From contig CBDCOU010000003.1 of assembly GCA_965219935.1 (NCBI GenBank), forward strand, positions 289,632 through 353,631: 64,000 nt of DNA, in the 5' to 3' direction. The stretch is from Caldilineaceae bacterium. Lineage in GTDB: Bacteria > Chloroflexota > Anaerolineae > Caldilineales > Caldilineaceae. Numbering within the stretch: position 1 is the first letter of the stretch; the number at the start of each line of letters is the position of its first letter. Below, in pieces: positions 17,036-27,064 of the stretch. The notes beneath the pieces were generated by a model. It was not told the DNA's origin. It saw nothing but the letters and a program-made list of their open reading frames with translations, and ran no database searches. A program made the position numbers and the translations under genes.

Positions 17036-18370
17036 TTACGCCGCCAACCCGATAGCCGCCCGGATCGTAGCCAGATCCCCGTAGGCTCGCTGCACCACCG
17101 TGCCCTGCTGTTGCAGGTTCTGGTCGACTTCCGGACCCACAACATCCGGACTGGCCAGAATGGTGACGCGTCGTGCATAGACGGCTTCGTCCGCGCTGAA
17201 GCCGAACGTTGCGCCGATGGCCGTCAGTTCGCCGACCAGCAGCGGCAGGTACACCTTGGTTGCGAAGTGTTCCCTGGGTCCGAACAGAATGTAGTGCTCC
17301 ATGGTCTTGACCGACAGGGTGCCCGTGGCCTGCAACGGCACGGCTGGTTGGACGGGCGCAACGGGCTGGACTGGCGGGGTGGCCTGAACTGGCGGCAATT
17401 CGGGTGGTGAAGAAGCCGCCTGGGCGGGCGGCACGACGGGAGGCAACGGTTCGGCACTGGGAACCTGGGGCGGTTGCAGGCTGTTGTCCAAGGATGGTGC
17501 CGGGCTTTCCGGGGATTCGGCAGCCGGTGCCGCCGGCGCCGGTTCACTGGCCGCGGGTGCCTCCGGGACATCCAGGTCCAACTCGACTTCATTGCTGCCG
17601 TCCAGTTCAATGACCTGCGACTCGACGACCAGGTCGTCACTGTCGGGATCGATCACCTGCAGCACGCAGTCGCCGGCCGGAATGGACTTGAACCGATAGG
17701 AACCGCTGCGGGGAATGGTTCCCTCCCCGAGGATTTCGTTGTCGGCCAGCAGCCTCAAGGTAAGCCCAACGCCGTTGGACACGAGGCCGTGGATGACACT
17801 TTCCTCGGTTTCCTCGATTACTTCCTCAAACTCGACTTGGAAGGAGTGGTGGAAGAGTGTGTTGCCGCTGCGCGTGCCGTCCTCCAGCAATTCGTCCGGG
17901 TGGTTGGCCGTAAGGCCTGATACGACTTCGCTGGGTGCGCCCAGCATCTGCACGTTGCAGACCTGCCAGGTGAACATGGCCACGTGGCCGATGGATTCGC
18001 GGCGGCTCCGGCGCAACTTGTATTCCTGACTGCCGTCTTCCCATTCGACCAGGAACAAGACCTCGTCGGACGTGCTGTCCGGATGGAAATGGGCCTGGAC
18101 GAAGATATGGTGCCGCCCTTGGTTTTCCTCGGGGGCCAAGTGTCGGACCTGCCGTACCTTCCAGTATCGGCCAGCCCCTTGGGGAAGCATCGAATCGATG
18201 GCCACACCGTAGTGCGAGGCCAGATTGACGGATGAAGGTTCCACTTGCATACCTGTGTTTTGTGCGATCGCTGGTTCAGGGTTCGCCTGAAGCACCGGAT
18301 CCGACGCAAGCTCCGGAGCTGAGGATTGCCCCCGCTGCCGGCGGTCTGAGAAGAGATTTCTGAGGCTCAT
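17036..18370 (-). CDS. Hypothetical protein with a central Pro/Ala/Val-rich linker
   Basis: 444-aa ORF with protein-like composition in the N- and C-terminal domains. A low-complexity PVQP-type linker joins them. No confident family. Confidence 0.6.
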   Translation of the reverse strand: MSLRNLFSDRRQRGQSSAPELASDPVLQANPEPAIAQNTGMQVEPSSVNLASHYGVAIDSMLPQGAGRYWKVRQVRHLAPEENQGRHHIFVQAHFHPDSTSDEVLFLVEWEDGSQEYKLRRSRRESIGHVAMFTWQVCNVQMLGAPSEVVSGLTANHPDELLEDGTRSGNTLFHHSFQVEFEEVIEETEESVIHGLVSNGVGLTLRLLADNEILGEGTIPRSGSYRFKSIPAGDCVLQVIDPDSDDLVVESQVIELDGSNEVELDLDVPEAPAASEPAPAAPAAESPESPAPSLDNSLQPPQVPSAEPLPPVVPPAQAASSPPELPPVQATPPVQPVAPVQPAVPLQATGTLSVKTMEHYILFGPREHFATKVYLPLLVGELTAIGATFGFSADEAVYARRVTILASPDVVGPEVDQNLQQQGTVVQRAYGDLATIRAAIGLAA

Positions 18371-18776
18371 TCACCAGATCCTTTGAATGCTGCGAAGTGC
18401 GACGGATTCAAGCTCGCGGCGCAACCGGTGGGGAAGCCGAATCGTATCATAACGATTTGAATCCGGATTCTCCCTCCCATGGCCCGGGATGCGGTTTTCC
18501 GCCCCACTTGCAACACCAATTCGAGGATTGACAATATGACATGCCGGCATCCGCGGCCGGCCATGCAACCCCTGTCGGCGGGGTGTTGGCTGGCCGAGAC
18601 CACCGAAGTCGTTATGCATCACGAAGCAGGATGCACAATGCCCGACGCCCTGCCCATGTCCAAGCGGCTTGGCCGGTCTGGAGCACTGGTAGTGGTCGAA
18701 CGAACAGTTGGGATTTGAGGTGGCCTGTCCAATTGGCGGAGTGGGATCCGACTGTGGCATATGCAGGGGATGAATC

Positions 18777-20036
18777 ATGGCAACAGTCGTTGGGGAACGG
18801 GGACACCTACAGGCGGTGTCCAACGGGCGCGGGCGGGAATGGTACGTTGATGCGACCATGACGCGGGCGGCGCGGGAGCAGCGGATTGCCTGGCGGCTGG
18901 AGCATTTGGCGGCGTGGCGGCACGATTTGGAGAGTCTGGCGCACTTCGACGCCGACTATCCATACGACGTTGCCCACGAGTACGACTATGACTGGGCGAC
19001 CGATCCCGACTACGGCGCCGAAGGCGTGCATTTCATTGAATTCGAAGAGGATGGCGTGCTGATCGACGACGACTCTCGACCCGGCTGGCTCCGGGAGCAC
19101 ATGCTTGTTACCGCCCGCGACCGGATTGGCCACCGCACAATGACCCAGGCGACCTACATCTTCCTGCCGCAGCAGGTCGCGCATCTACGGTTGGCCACCC
19201 GGCAGGGTAGCCCGGTGGACCGGGTCAAGCCGGATCTGGTGGTGATGCCGTCGGAAGCGGATCTGCTGGAGGCGAACGAACCCAGTTCGGACCGCACCGC
19301 CCAGCTCGACGATGCCGTTCCGGAACTGGTGCTGGAGGTCCTGTCGAAGACCACGGCGGCGCGGGACCTGGACGACAAACGGCGCCTGTACGAAACCCTT
19401 GGGGTGGGCGAATACCTGGTCTACGACCTGGGCGGCAAGCGCTGGCCGGATTCGCCCAGGGAACTGCTGATGTACCGGCTGGTGGATGGGGCCTACGAAG
19501 CGGTTGCACCCCTGGAGAAGACATCCGCATCGGAACCGGACACGGTTTGGAGCGACGTGTTCAACACGCATATCCGCTTTCTACCGGACGTGCGGGAGGA
19601 CGCGGAGGAGTTTCGCCACCTGCCAAAAGGGCACCGGCCGTCGCCGCGCTTCCAATGGTACGACCCGGAAGAGGGTCGCTGGAGGGACAGCGAGACCGAT
19701 GCCGAACATGAACGGGACCGGATCGTGCAGGAACGGGACCAAGCCGCGCAGGAACGGGACCAAGCCGCGCAGGAACGGGACCAGGCTGCGCAGGAACGGG
19801 ACCAAGCTGCGCAGGAACGGACCGATATGGCCATCGATATGATGCGCGAGTTCTTGGGATCCGAGTTGGAACCTGAGAACCTGGATCGGGTTGAGGAAGT
19901 CTGGCGCAGAGACGGTCCTCCGACGGATGCCGCCCGCCGCGTCCGTGCCGTGCTGCAAACTCCCCATGAGTGGCACTTCCTGTTGGGGCTTTCGCTTGAC
20001 GACGACCACGGCCCCGACCGCACGCGCGGGCCATAG
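18777..20036 (+). CDS. Uma2 (DUF820) family putative endonuclease with N- and C-terminal extensions
   Basis: Core KPDLVVMP...PELVLEVLSKTTAARDLDDKRRLYETLGVGEYLVYD (PD-(D/E)xK-like). It is a paralogue of 33800..35020. Confidence 0.75.
   Translation: MATVVGERGHLQAVSNGRGREWYVDATMTRAAREQRIAWRLEHLAAWRHDLESLAHFDADYPYDVAHEYDYDWATDPDYGAEGVHFIEFEEDGVLIDDDSRPGWLREHMLVTARDRIGHRTMTQATYIFLPQQVAHLRLATRQGSPVDRVKPDLVVMPSEADLLEANEPSSDRTAQLDDAVPELVLEVLSKTTAARDLDDKRRLYETLGVGEYLVYDLGGKRWPDSPRELLMYRLVDGAYEAVAPLEKTSASEPDTVWSDVFNTHIRFLPDVREDAEEFRHLPKGHRPSPRFQWYDPEEGRWRDSETDAEHERDRIVQERDQAAQERDQAAQERDQAAQERDQAAQERTDMAIDMMREFLGSELEPENLDRVEEVWRRDGPPTDAARRVRAVLQTPHEWHFLLGLSLDDDHGPDRTRGP
19728..19820 (+). repeat. 21-bp in-frame tandem repeat, about 4.4 copies (QERDQAA heptads)
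   Basis: caggaacgggaccaagccgcg repeats at 19728, 19749, 19770 and 19791, with a partial fifth unit. Confidence 0.9.
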
Positions 20037-20248
20037 TTGCCCAAGAACAGTCAGTCAACGCGCCAGGGAGCAGGCGTAGGCCCAATTGCTCTTGGGTTTC
20101 CCGTGCGTGGCTGTCGTACCGCCTGCGCGGCTTGCATGGAGCACACCGCCTGAAAAGAACAGAGTGGGAAGAACTGTCCGTTCGGCAGCGGCCTTCCCGA
20201 GATGGACCGGACCTGCATGATCCCGCGTCGTGACGTACACTTCGCGGT

Positions 20249-21295
20249 ATGACCATCCGTACCGAAATCGAGTGGTTCTTGGCCGATGCCGCCGCCGGGG
20301 CGCCGTTGACCCGCCGCACCTACCGGACGGGCCTCAATCGGTTTCAGGAGTACCTTTTGGCGAACGACCTGGATCCGGAGGTCCAAGAACTGGAGGTCCT
20401 GCAGGCGAGCCTGGTGCTGGGTTGGGCCAGCTGGCTTACCGACGTGCAGGGCGTCAACCGGCGCACGCTGTTGACCTATCTGTCCGCGATCATGAGTTTC
20501 ATCTCATGGTTGCAGGTTCGGGATCTCCAGCCCATTGCGAGCAGTGACTATGCCCGTTTGCAGGAGGGCATGCGCCGACTTCGGCGCAACCAGAAACCCC
20601 CTGAACTGGTCCCGCATCCGCCGGAAGACCCGGAACTGAACGAATTGCTGCTGGTGGCCCGACGGCTGCCGTCGAACTGTACGGACCCGCGCGAGCGTCT
20701 GGCCGCGGCTCGCAATATCGCAATTCTGGAAACCCTCTTGTCGACAGGCATGCGGGTCGGCGAGCTGGTGGCGCTCCGAACACGCGAACTTGATGAGGGG
20801 GACAGTTCCGCGTGGGTCACCGGCAAGAGGGGCCGCACGCGCAAGGTGTTCTTTGCCGCCTTTGCCTGGCAGTCCACCACAGAGTATCTGCGGCAGCGCC
20901 ACAGCGCCGGTTTGACCTATCGCGGCTCGTTGGGCGACCAGCCGGTGTTTGCACGGCACGACCGTCGGGCGGGCACCGAGGTACTTCCGTTGAGTACGGG
21001 GGCGGTGCAGCGGATGTTCCGCAAACTTGCCCAGCGCGCGGGCCTGGACCTGAAAGACGTCACGCCGCACGCGCTGCGGCACTACTTCGGCACGCGGATG
21101 TATCGGGCCACTTCCGATTTGGCCGTGACCCAGACAGCCTTGGGACATGCCAGTCCGGTAACCACCAGGATTTACGCGAAGTTGGCGGACAGTGCGGTGC
21201 AGGATGCCCACCGCGAGGCATTTGGAGACGGTCAGCCTCCAACGACAAGCCCCAGAAGCAATTCCGACAGAAGCCAGGTGCGGGACACGAGCTGA
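20249..21295 (+). CDS. Site-specific tyrosine recombinase (XerC/XerD/phage-integrase family)
   Basis: TGMRVGELVAL, HALRHYFGTRMY and LGHASPVTTRIYAKL supply the R..HxxR..Y catalytic pattern. Confidence 0.85.
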   Translation: MTIRTEIEWFLADAAAGAPLTRRTYRTGLNRFQEYLLANDLDPEVQELEVLQASLVLGWASWLTDVQGVNRRTLLTYLSAIMSFISWLQVRDLQPIASSDYARLQEGMRRLRRNQKPPELVPHPPEDPELNELLLVARRLPSNCTDPRERLAAARNIAILETLLSTGMRVGELVALRTRELDEGDSSAWVTGKRGRTRKVFFAAFAWQSTTEYLRQRHSAGLTYRGSLGDQPVFARHDRRAGTEVLPLSTGAVQRMFRKLAQRAGLDLKDVTPHALRHYFGTRMYRATSDLAVTQTALGHASPVTTRIYAKLADSAVQDAHREAFGDGQPPTTSPRSNSDRSQVRDTS

Positions 21296-22389
21296 TCCGT
21301 CTCGATGTGTTCGTGGTCGGCGTGGGCCCCGGCACCGGGTACGCCGAGGCCGTCCAGCGTCGGTATTCCCAAGGCTCCGGTCAGGTTGCCGTCGCTGCCG
21401 CCGCCGGTGCGGCCCCCGACTAGTTCCATGTCCAGACGCGCGGCGATGGTCCGGGCCTTGGCAAAGACGTCCTTGGTTGCGGTTTCCTCCAGCGGTGGGC
21501 GTGATCGCGCGCTGACCACATCAATGGAGGTTCCCTGCAGCCGCGGGCGCAGATTCCGCAGCTGGTTCTCGGCATCTCGCAGATCCGCGAGACGCCAGGC
21601 GCGCACATCAATCTGGATGTCGGCATGGGGCGCCACTACGTTGGAACGCGTGCCGCCTTGCATGACCCCGGCGTTGACCGTCAGCCCTGTTTCCAGGTCC
21701 GTCATGGCCTGGATGGCCAGGATTTGATGCGCGGCCTCCTCCAAGGCGGAAACGCCCTTCTCGATTTCGATCCCGGCGTGGGCGGGAATGCCCTTGATAT
21801 GGACGTCCATGTGCTGGCTGCCCTTGCGGGCGGTTTTGAGTACCCCGCCGGGCAACGGTGCCTCAAGAACCAGTACACAGTCCACCTGTCGGGCCTCATC
21901 CTCGATAAGTTGTCGGGACGTGGCACTGCCGATTTCCTCGTCGGCCGTCGCCAGGAATACGATGTTCCGCCCAGGGTCGATGGCCAATTCCCTGAAAGCA
22001 CTGAAAATGTGCTCCATCATGGCCAGGCTGCTCTTCATGTCGAAGATGCCCGGCCCGTAGGCTCTGTCGTTCGGAGTCTCCCGAAACGGCATGCGTTCCA
22101 GGGTTCCTACGGGCCAGACCGTGTCGAAGTGCGTCAGCACCAGCACCGGCGGCAGAACCTCCCGCTGGGCTTTCAGTTCGCAGCGCAGGTGATTGCCGCC
22201 GGCGACAACGGGGATGATCTCGGCCCGGTCGACCACCGGTGCGAACACGGAACGGAGGTGGTCCGCGCATCGGTCCAGCCGGTCGATGTCGGTGCTGGGT
22301 GTTTCCATCTCCACCAGAGTCCGGATGGACTCCAAAATGGCGGGTTGGGCGTTGCTGAAGTACCTGTGCAGGGCTTTGTAGTGCTCCAT
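21232..22389 (-). CDS. M20 family metallopeptidase (carboxypeptidase G2-like)
   Basis: THFDTVWP, GPGIFDMKSS, ADEEIGS and GGGSDGN. An AAGGTG RBS is present. Its 3' end overlaps the recombinase ORF by 64 nt. Confidence 0.85.
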   Translation of the reverse strand: MEHYKALHRYFSNAQPAILESIRTLVEMETPSTDIDRLDRCADHLRSVFAPVVDRAEIIPVVAGGNHLRCELKAQREVLPPVLVLTHFDTVWPVGTLERMPFRETPNDRAYGPGIFDMKSSLAMMEHIFSAFRELAIDPGRNIVFLATADEEIGSATSRQLIEDEARQVDCVLVLEAPLPGGVLKTARKGSQHMDVHIKGIPAHAGIEIEKGVSALEEAAHQILAIQAMTDLETGLTVNAGVMQGGTRSNVVAPHADIQIDVRAWRLADLRDAENQLRNLRPRLQGTSIDVVSARSRPPLEETATKDVFAKARTIAARLDMELVGGRTGGGSDGNLTGALGIPTLDGLGVPGAGAHADHEHIETDQLVSRTWLLSELLLGLVVGG

Positions 22390-22517
22390 TTCGACACCTT
22401 AGTATTGGGAGAGCGGTAGCGACGGCGGTGCCACAGTCGGCGGCCACCTGGAGGTCAGGTCCCCTTTATACTTCAGTGGACCGACACCCGGACAACCGCA
22501 CATGGGAGTAAGTAGCC

Positions 22518-23432
22518 ATGAAGTTTGGTGGCAGTGTATGGACTTTCAACTGGCAACCGCCGTACGACGACGGATTGCGCACGATTGCCGCCTGCGGCCT
22601 CAAGGCCGCGGAACTCATCGCCTGGCGCCGGGAAGTGCTGGACAGCTACTACACCCTTGACACCATTCGGCATCTGCGGACACTCCTGGACGACTTGGGC
22701 CTCGAACTGTCCGAATTCGTCTCCACCCCCCGCGGCTTGGCGTCTGAGGACCAGAAGGACCGGGACGGTGCGGTCGAGCACTTCCAGGTAATGGTGGACA
22801 CCGCCCGGGCCCTGGGCACGGACATGGTGAATTCGGTATCGCCCAACGCGTTCAACCTGGACATGCCGCGCATCATGGACAAGCCTACTGCGCAGGAGTG
22901 GGGTGTGGACCTGCCCCGCGGCCTGGACTGGAACGCCAACTGGAATGCCTATGTCGACACCACGGCCCGTTGCTGCGAGATTGCGGAGGCCAACGGCGTG
23001 CGCTGGGCCCTGGAACCCCACCCCTATCGCTGGGTCCGCAACACGGGTTCCATGCTGCGCCTGATCGACAGCGTCGGATCCCCTGCCCTGGGCATGAACT
23101 TCGATCCCAGTCACCTCTTCCCGTCCGGTGAAATCTCCGAACAGGCGGTGTACGAACTGGGCGATCGCCTGTTCCACGCCCACTTCTCGGACAACGACGG
23201 CACCACCAACGCCCACTGGCGTCCGGGCAAGGGCAAGATCGATTGGCGGGCGGTGATGGTGGCGATGCACGACGTCGGCTTCGACGGGGTGATTTCCATC
23301 GAGCTGGAGGATGTGCCGGGTACCGCCGGCGCCAACGACGGCGTGGCCACTGACGCCTTCGCCCGCGAGGTTGAACTGTCGGTAGCCTACCTGTCGGCCA
23401 TTTGCGAGAGCGAGGGCATTCCGCTGGCATGA
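22518..23432 (+). CDS. Sugar phosphate isomerase/epimerase (xylose-isomerase-like TIM barrel)
   Basis: ALEPHP, NFDPSHL, HFSDNDG and ISIELED are typical metal-ligand motifs of this fold. Confidence 0.8.
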   Translation: MKFGGSVWTFNWQPPYDDGLRTIAACGLKAAELIAWRREVLDSYYTLDTIRHLRTLLDDLGLELSEFVSTPRGLASEDQKDRDGAVEHFQVMVDTARALGTDMVNSVSPNAFNLDMPRIMDKPTAQEWGVDLPRGLDWNANWNAYVDTTARCCEIAEANGVRWALEPHPYRWVRNTGSMLRLIDSVGSPALGMNFDPSHLFPSGEISEQAVYELGDRLFHAHFSDNDGTTNAHWRPGKGKIDWRAVMVAMHDVGFDGVISIELEDVPGTAGANDGVATDAFAREVELSVAYLSAICESEGIPLA

Positions 23433-23562
23433 CAGGGACGGCGGGGGCTTTCGGAAACCCGCTGGTGTAAAATCCGGGGGTGCTGTGCACCAGCCGAATA
23501 TTTCCTGTGCGACCGGGCACCGCGCGGTGCCGGCGCGCGACTGATTGTCATGGAGGATACCC

Positions 23563-24969
23563 ATGCAGAGAGTTAGCCGAAGACAGTTCATCCGGTTTAC
23601 CGGCTTGGGCGCAGCCGGCCTGGCCTTGGCCGCCTGTGCCGCCCCTGCTGCTGAGGAGGCCGCCGTTGGTACGGGCGCCACCGCCGAGGTGGTAAGCCTT
23701 CGTTACCAGTCCCGCGAGCTTCAGGAAGCCGAAGGCGTGCAGGAGTTGTGGTCTGAGTTCTATCCCGAGTTCAGGGCCAGCAATCCCGACATCGAGGTCG
23801 AGTTCCTGCCCCAGCCGGGCGGCGTGAACCTGCGCGAGGGCGTGCTTGCCCAGATGGTGGCCGGCGATGCCCCCGACCTGATCGAGTTCTGTTGTTGGAG
23901 CTCCACCTTCTTTGTGCAGAAGGGCGAGACCCTGAACCTGCAGGCCTACATCGACCGGGATGCCGACGAGGTCGATCTCGACGACTACTACGAAGGACAG
24001 TTCGATCCGTGGGTGGACGAGCAGGGCGACATCCACCTGATGCCGCGCTTCACCGGCACCATGGCCCTGTACTACAACATCGACATGTTCGAGGAGATGG
24101 GGGTTGACACGCCTCCGCACGAGTGGGGTGCCTGGAACCACGAGGACTACGTGGCCATTGGCGAGAACTTTGTCTCCCGCGAACCCGGACAGCCCATCAG
24201 CTGGGCAACCTCGAACTACGGCATGAACGCCAACTGGCTTTCCCAGTACTGGATCCGCGGCTTCGGCGCCAACATGGTCAATCCGGACGACAACAAGCTT
24301 TGCGGTCTGGGCGAACCGGCGGCCGTCGACGCCCTGAACTACATTCACAGCATCATCTGGGACAGCCAAATTTTCGCCTATGGTTCCGACATCGGCATGG
24401 GCGTCAACCAGCTGTTCGAGAGCGGACGCATTGCCATGATGGAGATGGGGCCTTGGAGCCTCGGCGCCACCATGCGCAACGCGACCTTCCGCTGGGATGT
24501 GGCGCCGCTGCCGATGGGGCCGGCGGAAATCACCACCCACCAGTCGGTGGACGGCACGATGATCTGGAACAAGACGGAGCATCCGGACGAAAGCTGGGAG
24601 ACGCTGAAGTGGCTGACCAGCCCGTTCTACGGCAAGCTGTACGCCAAGTGGGGCACCAAGCAGCCGTCGCGCATCAGCGTCCTGCCGGAGTTCCAAGCGG
24701 CCTTGATTGACCGGGACGAACGGTTTGGCGACATCGACATCGATGTCTTCACCTCTTCCATTGCCGCGTCGCTGGGTGGTCCGGAGGAGATGTTTGCCAA
24801 CGACTTCACCTGCAAGGACACCATCCTCAAACCCGCGTTTGATCAAGTGATGTTGTTGAACGAGGCTCCGGTCGATCTGATTGTTCAGCATGCGGACGTT
24901 GTCAACAGGTTCAACGCCGGCGAAATCGCCGTGGAAGACCTGGGCGCCGCCATGGCGGCACTGGGCTAG
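23563..24969 (+). CDS. ABC transporter sugar-binding protein (family 1) with a Tat/lipoprotein-type signal
   Basis: MQRVSRRQFIRFTGLGAAGLALAACAAP. GGAGGA lies at 23552-23557, so the ATG at 23563 is preferred over the listed 23545. Confidence 0.85.
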   Translation: MQRVSRRQFIRFTGLGAAGLALAACAAPAAEEAAVGTGATAEVVSLRYQSRELQEAEGVQELWSEFYPEFRASNPDIEVEFLPQPGGVNLREGVLAQMVAGDAPDLIEFCCWSSTFFVQKGETLNLQAYIDRDADEVDLDDYYEGQFDPWVDEQGDIHLMPRFTGTMALYYNIDMFEEMGVDTPPHEWGAWNHEDYVAIGENFVSREPGQPISWATSNYGMNANWLSQYWIRGFGANMVNPDDNKLCGLGEPAAVDALNYIHSIIWDSQIFAYGSDIGMGVNQLFESGRIAMMEMGPWSLGATMRNATFRWDVAPLPMGPAEITTHQSVDGTMIWNKTEHPDESWETLKWLTSPFYGKLYAKWGTKQPSRISVLPEFQAALIDRDERFGDIDIDVFTSSIAASLGGPEEMFANDFTCKDTILKPAFDQVMLLNEAPVDLIVQHADVVNRFNAGEIAVEDLGAAMAALG

Positions 24970-25109
24970 GCGGCCAGCCACAGTTGGTTGTTGTTACAGG
25001 TAACCGAGGCAGGCATTCGGGTGCGCCCGGGTGCCTGCCTGCCATGGGACTTGGCGACTGACGAGACGGGTTGAAGCTCTTCTCCGTTGAGTCCCGGCGA
25101 GCCCTGGCC

Positions 25110-26075
25110 ATGTCAACCCTCAACCCCGCGGCCGACACAGGCACACGCTCCCCGGGCCGCCGGTGGACGCCGGAGCGGCGCGAAGCGCTCTTCGGCTTTT
25201 TCTTCATATCCCCCTGGATCATCGGCTTCCTGGTTTTCACGCTGGGACCGATGATTACATCCTTGGTTTTCGGCTTCTACCGGACGGATCTGCTTCAGAT
25301 TTGGGAGGTGGTGGGATTCAAGTGGTTCCGGGCCGTGTTCACGGACGTGCTGGTCCGCAAGGCCATGTTCAACACGGCCTACTACGCCTTCATCATGGTG
25401 CCCCTGAGCACCACCCTGGCCCTCCTGATTGCGGTGTTGCTCAACCAGAACATCAAGGGCCAAAGCTTCTGGCGGACCATCTACTACCTGCCGTCCGTGG
25501 TGGCCGGGGCGGCCGTTGCGATTCTCTTCAAGTGGCTGTATCAGCCGGATATCGGCCTGTTGAACTCCATTCTCAATCCGATTCTGTTCCGGATCAGCGA
25601 GTTCCTGTCCCTGGAAACCCCGTTGGTCGCGCCGCGCTGGGTCTTCAGCCAGGATTGGGCCATGCCCTCCGTGATCATCATGGCCCTGTGGGGCGCGGGC
25701 GGCGCGATGCTGATTTTCCTGGCGGGCCTGCGCGGGATTCCCACCGCCCTCTACGAGGCCGCCAAGATTGACGGGGCGGGACCCGTCCGCCAGTTCTTCT
25801 CGATCACGATCCCGCTTCTGACCCCGACCATTCTTTTCAACGTGGTGTTGAACATCATTGCATCGTGGCAGGTGTTCACCCAGGTGCTGATCATGACCCA
25901 GGGCGGTCCCAACAACGCCACGCTGACCATGGTCCTGCATCTGTACAACACGGGGTTCAGCCAGTTCCGCTTCGGCTACGCCTCGGCCCAGGCGTGGGCG
26001 CTGTTCCTGGCGATTCTGGTGTTCGTGCTGTTCGCCATCCGGACGAGCAGCAGCTGGGTCCAGTACGAGCGCTGA
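25110..26075 (+). CDS. Carbohydrate ABC transporter permease (MalF-like)
   Basis: Multi-TM protein with the EAA-loop region YEAAKIDGAGPVRQFFSITIP. The ATG at 25110 lies within ORF 25071..26075. Confidence 0.85.
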   Translation: MSTLNPAADTGTRSPGRRWTPERREALFGFFFISPWIIGFLVFTLGPMITSLVFGFYRTDLLQIWEVVGFKWFRAVFTDVLVRKAMFNTAYYAFIMVPLSTTLALLIAVLLNQNIKGQSFWRTIYYLPSVVAGAAVAILFKWLYQPDIGLLNSILNPILFRISEFLSLETPLVAPRWVFSQDWAMPSVIIMALWGAGGAMLIFLAGLRGIPTALYEAAKIDGAGPVRQFFSITIPLLTPTILFNVVLNIIASWQVFTQVLIMTQGGPNNATLTMVLHLYNTGFSQFRFGYASAQAWALFLAILVFVLFAIRTSSSWVQYER

Positions 26076-26078
26076 GCC

Positions 26079-26975
26079 ATGGCCGAAAACACTGCCGCGA
26101 TCACGGAATCGGTGTCCCTGCCGTTGCAGAGGCAGCGTCACTACAACATTGGGGTCATTCTCTGGCGCGTACTGCTCTATGTGGTGGTGCTGTGGGGTGC
26201 GGTGATCTTCGCGATCCCGTTCTACTGGATGATCCGGACGGCGGTGATGCCGCCCTACCAGGTCAATCTGTTTCCGCCCGAGTGGATCCCGGACTCGATC
26301 AACTTCGTCAATTTCCGTGCGCCTTTCGTGGGACCGTTCCCGTTCGCGCGGTGGTTCGGGAACAGTGCCATTGTGTCGGTGCTCAGTTCGGCCGGTGTTG
26401 TCCTTTCGGCTTCCTTCGTGGGCTTCGGCTTCGCCCGGCTGCGGTTTCCCTTTCGCAACCTCCTGTTCATTGTGGTCCTGTCCACGATGATGCTGCCCGA
26501 GCACATCAAGCTGATTCCCACCTATCTGCTGTTCGTAAGGTTGGGCTGGGTCAACACCGTTCTGCCGCTGATCATTCCCAACTGGTTCGCACCGCCGTTC
26601 CACGTGTTCCTGATGCGTCAGTTCTTCATGACCATCCCCCAGGAAATGGACGATGCCGCCAAGATTGACGGATGTGGCTGGCTGGGAATCTACGGGCGCA
26701 TCCACATTCCGTTGTCATTACCGGTGATGGGGGTTTCCGCCATCTACCAGTTCACGTTCACTTGGAACGACTTCCTGCATCCCCTGGTGTACCTCCAGCA
26801 GGTGGACAAGTACACGGTGGCCCTTGGCCTCAGGCTGTTCGAAGGCTTCATGCGTTCCAACATCCAGGACATGATGGCATCCGCGCTCATTGCCGTGATG
26901 CCGACCATCATCATTTTCTTCATCGCCCAGCGCTACTTCATCCAGGGCATTGTCATGACGGGGGTCAAGGGGTAG
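26079..26975 (+). CDS. Carbohydrate ABC transporter permease (MalG-like)
   Basis: EAA loop DDAAKIDGCGWLGIYGRIHIPL and six predicted TM segments. Confidence 0.85.
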   Translation: MAENTAAITESVSLPLQRQRHYNIGVILWRVLLYVVVLWGAVIFAIPFYWMIRTAVMPPYQVNLFPPEWIPDSINFVNFRAPFVGPFPFARWFGNSAIVSVLSSAGVVLSASFVGFGFARLRFPFRNLLFIVVLSTMMLPEHIKLIPTYLLFVRLGWVNTVLPLIIPNWFAPPFHVFLMRQFFMTIPQEMDDAAKIDGCGWLGIYGRIHIPLSLPVMGVSAIYQFTFTWNDFLHPLVYLQQVDKYTVALGLRLFEGFMRSNIQDMMASALIAVMPTIIIFFIAQRYFIQGIVMTGVKG

Positions 26976-27064
26976 CCAACCCTTGCCGGGCCACGGCTGC
27001 CCGGACATTGTCCGGAAGCCTTTCAGACAGCCGGTCCCATGCTGGCCGGCGGGAGAGAAAACTC

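Noticed and set aside
19728-19820. The 21-bp tandem repeat as a mini CRISPR-like array
   Set aside because: The repeat units are contiguous with no spacers. They are in frame within a long ORF and encode a heptad repeat.
4860-21295. tRNA-Glu plus the tyrosine recombinase as the borders of an integrated island
   Set aside because: They are 15 kb apart, with core genes between them (rplU-rpmA-rpmE, tdk, dnaE). I found no repeat of the tRNA 3' end elsewhere in the window.
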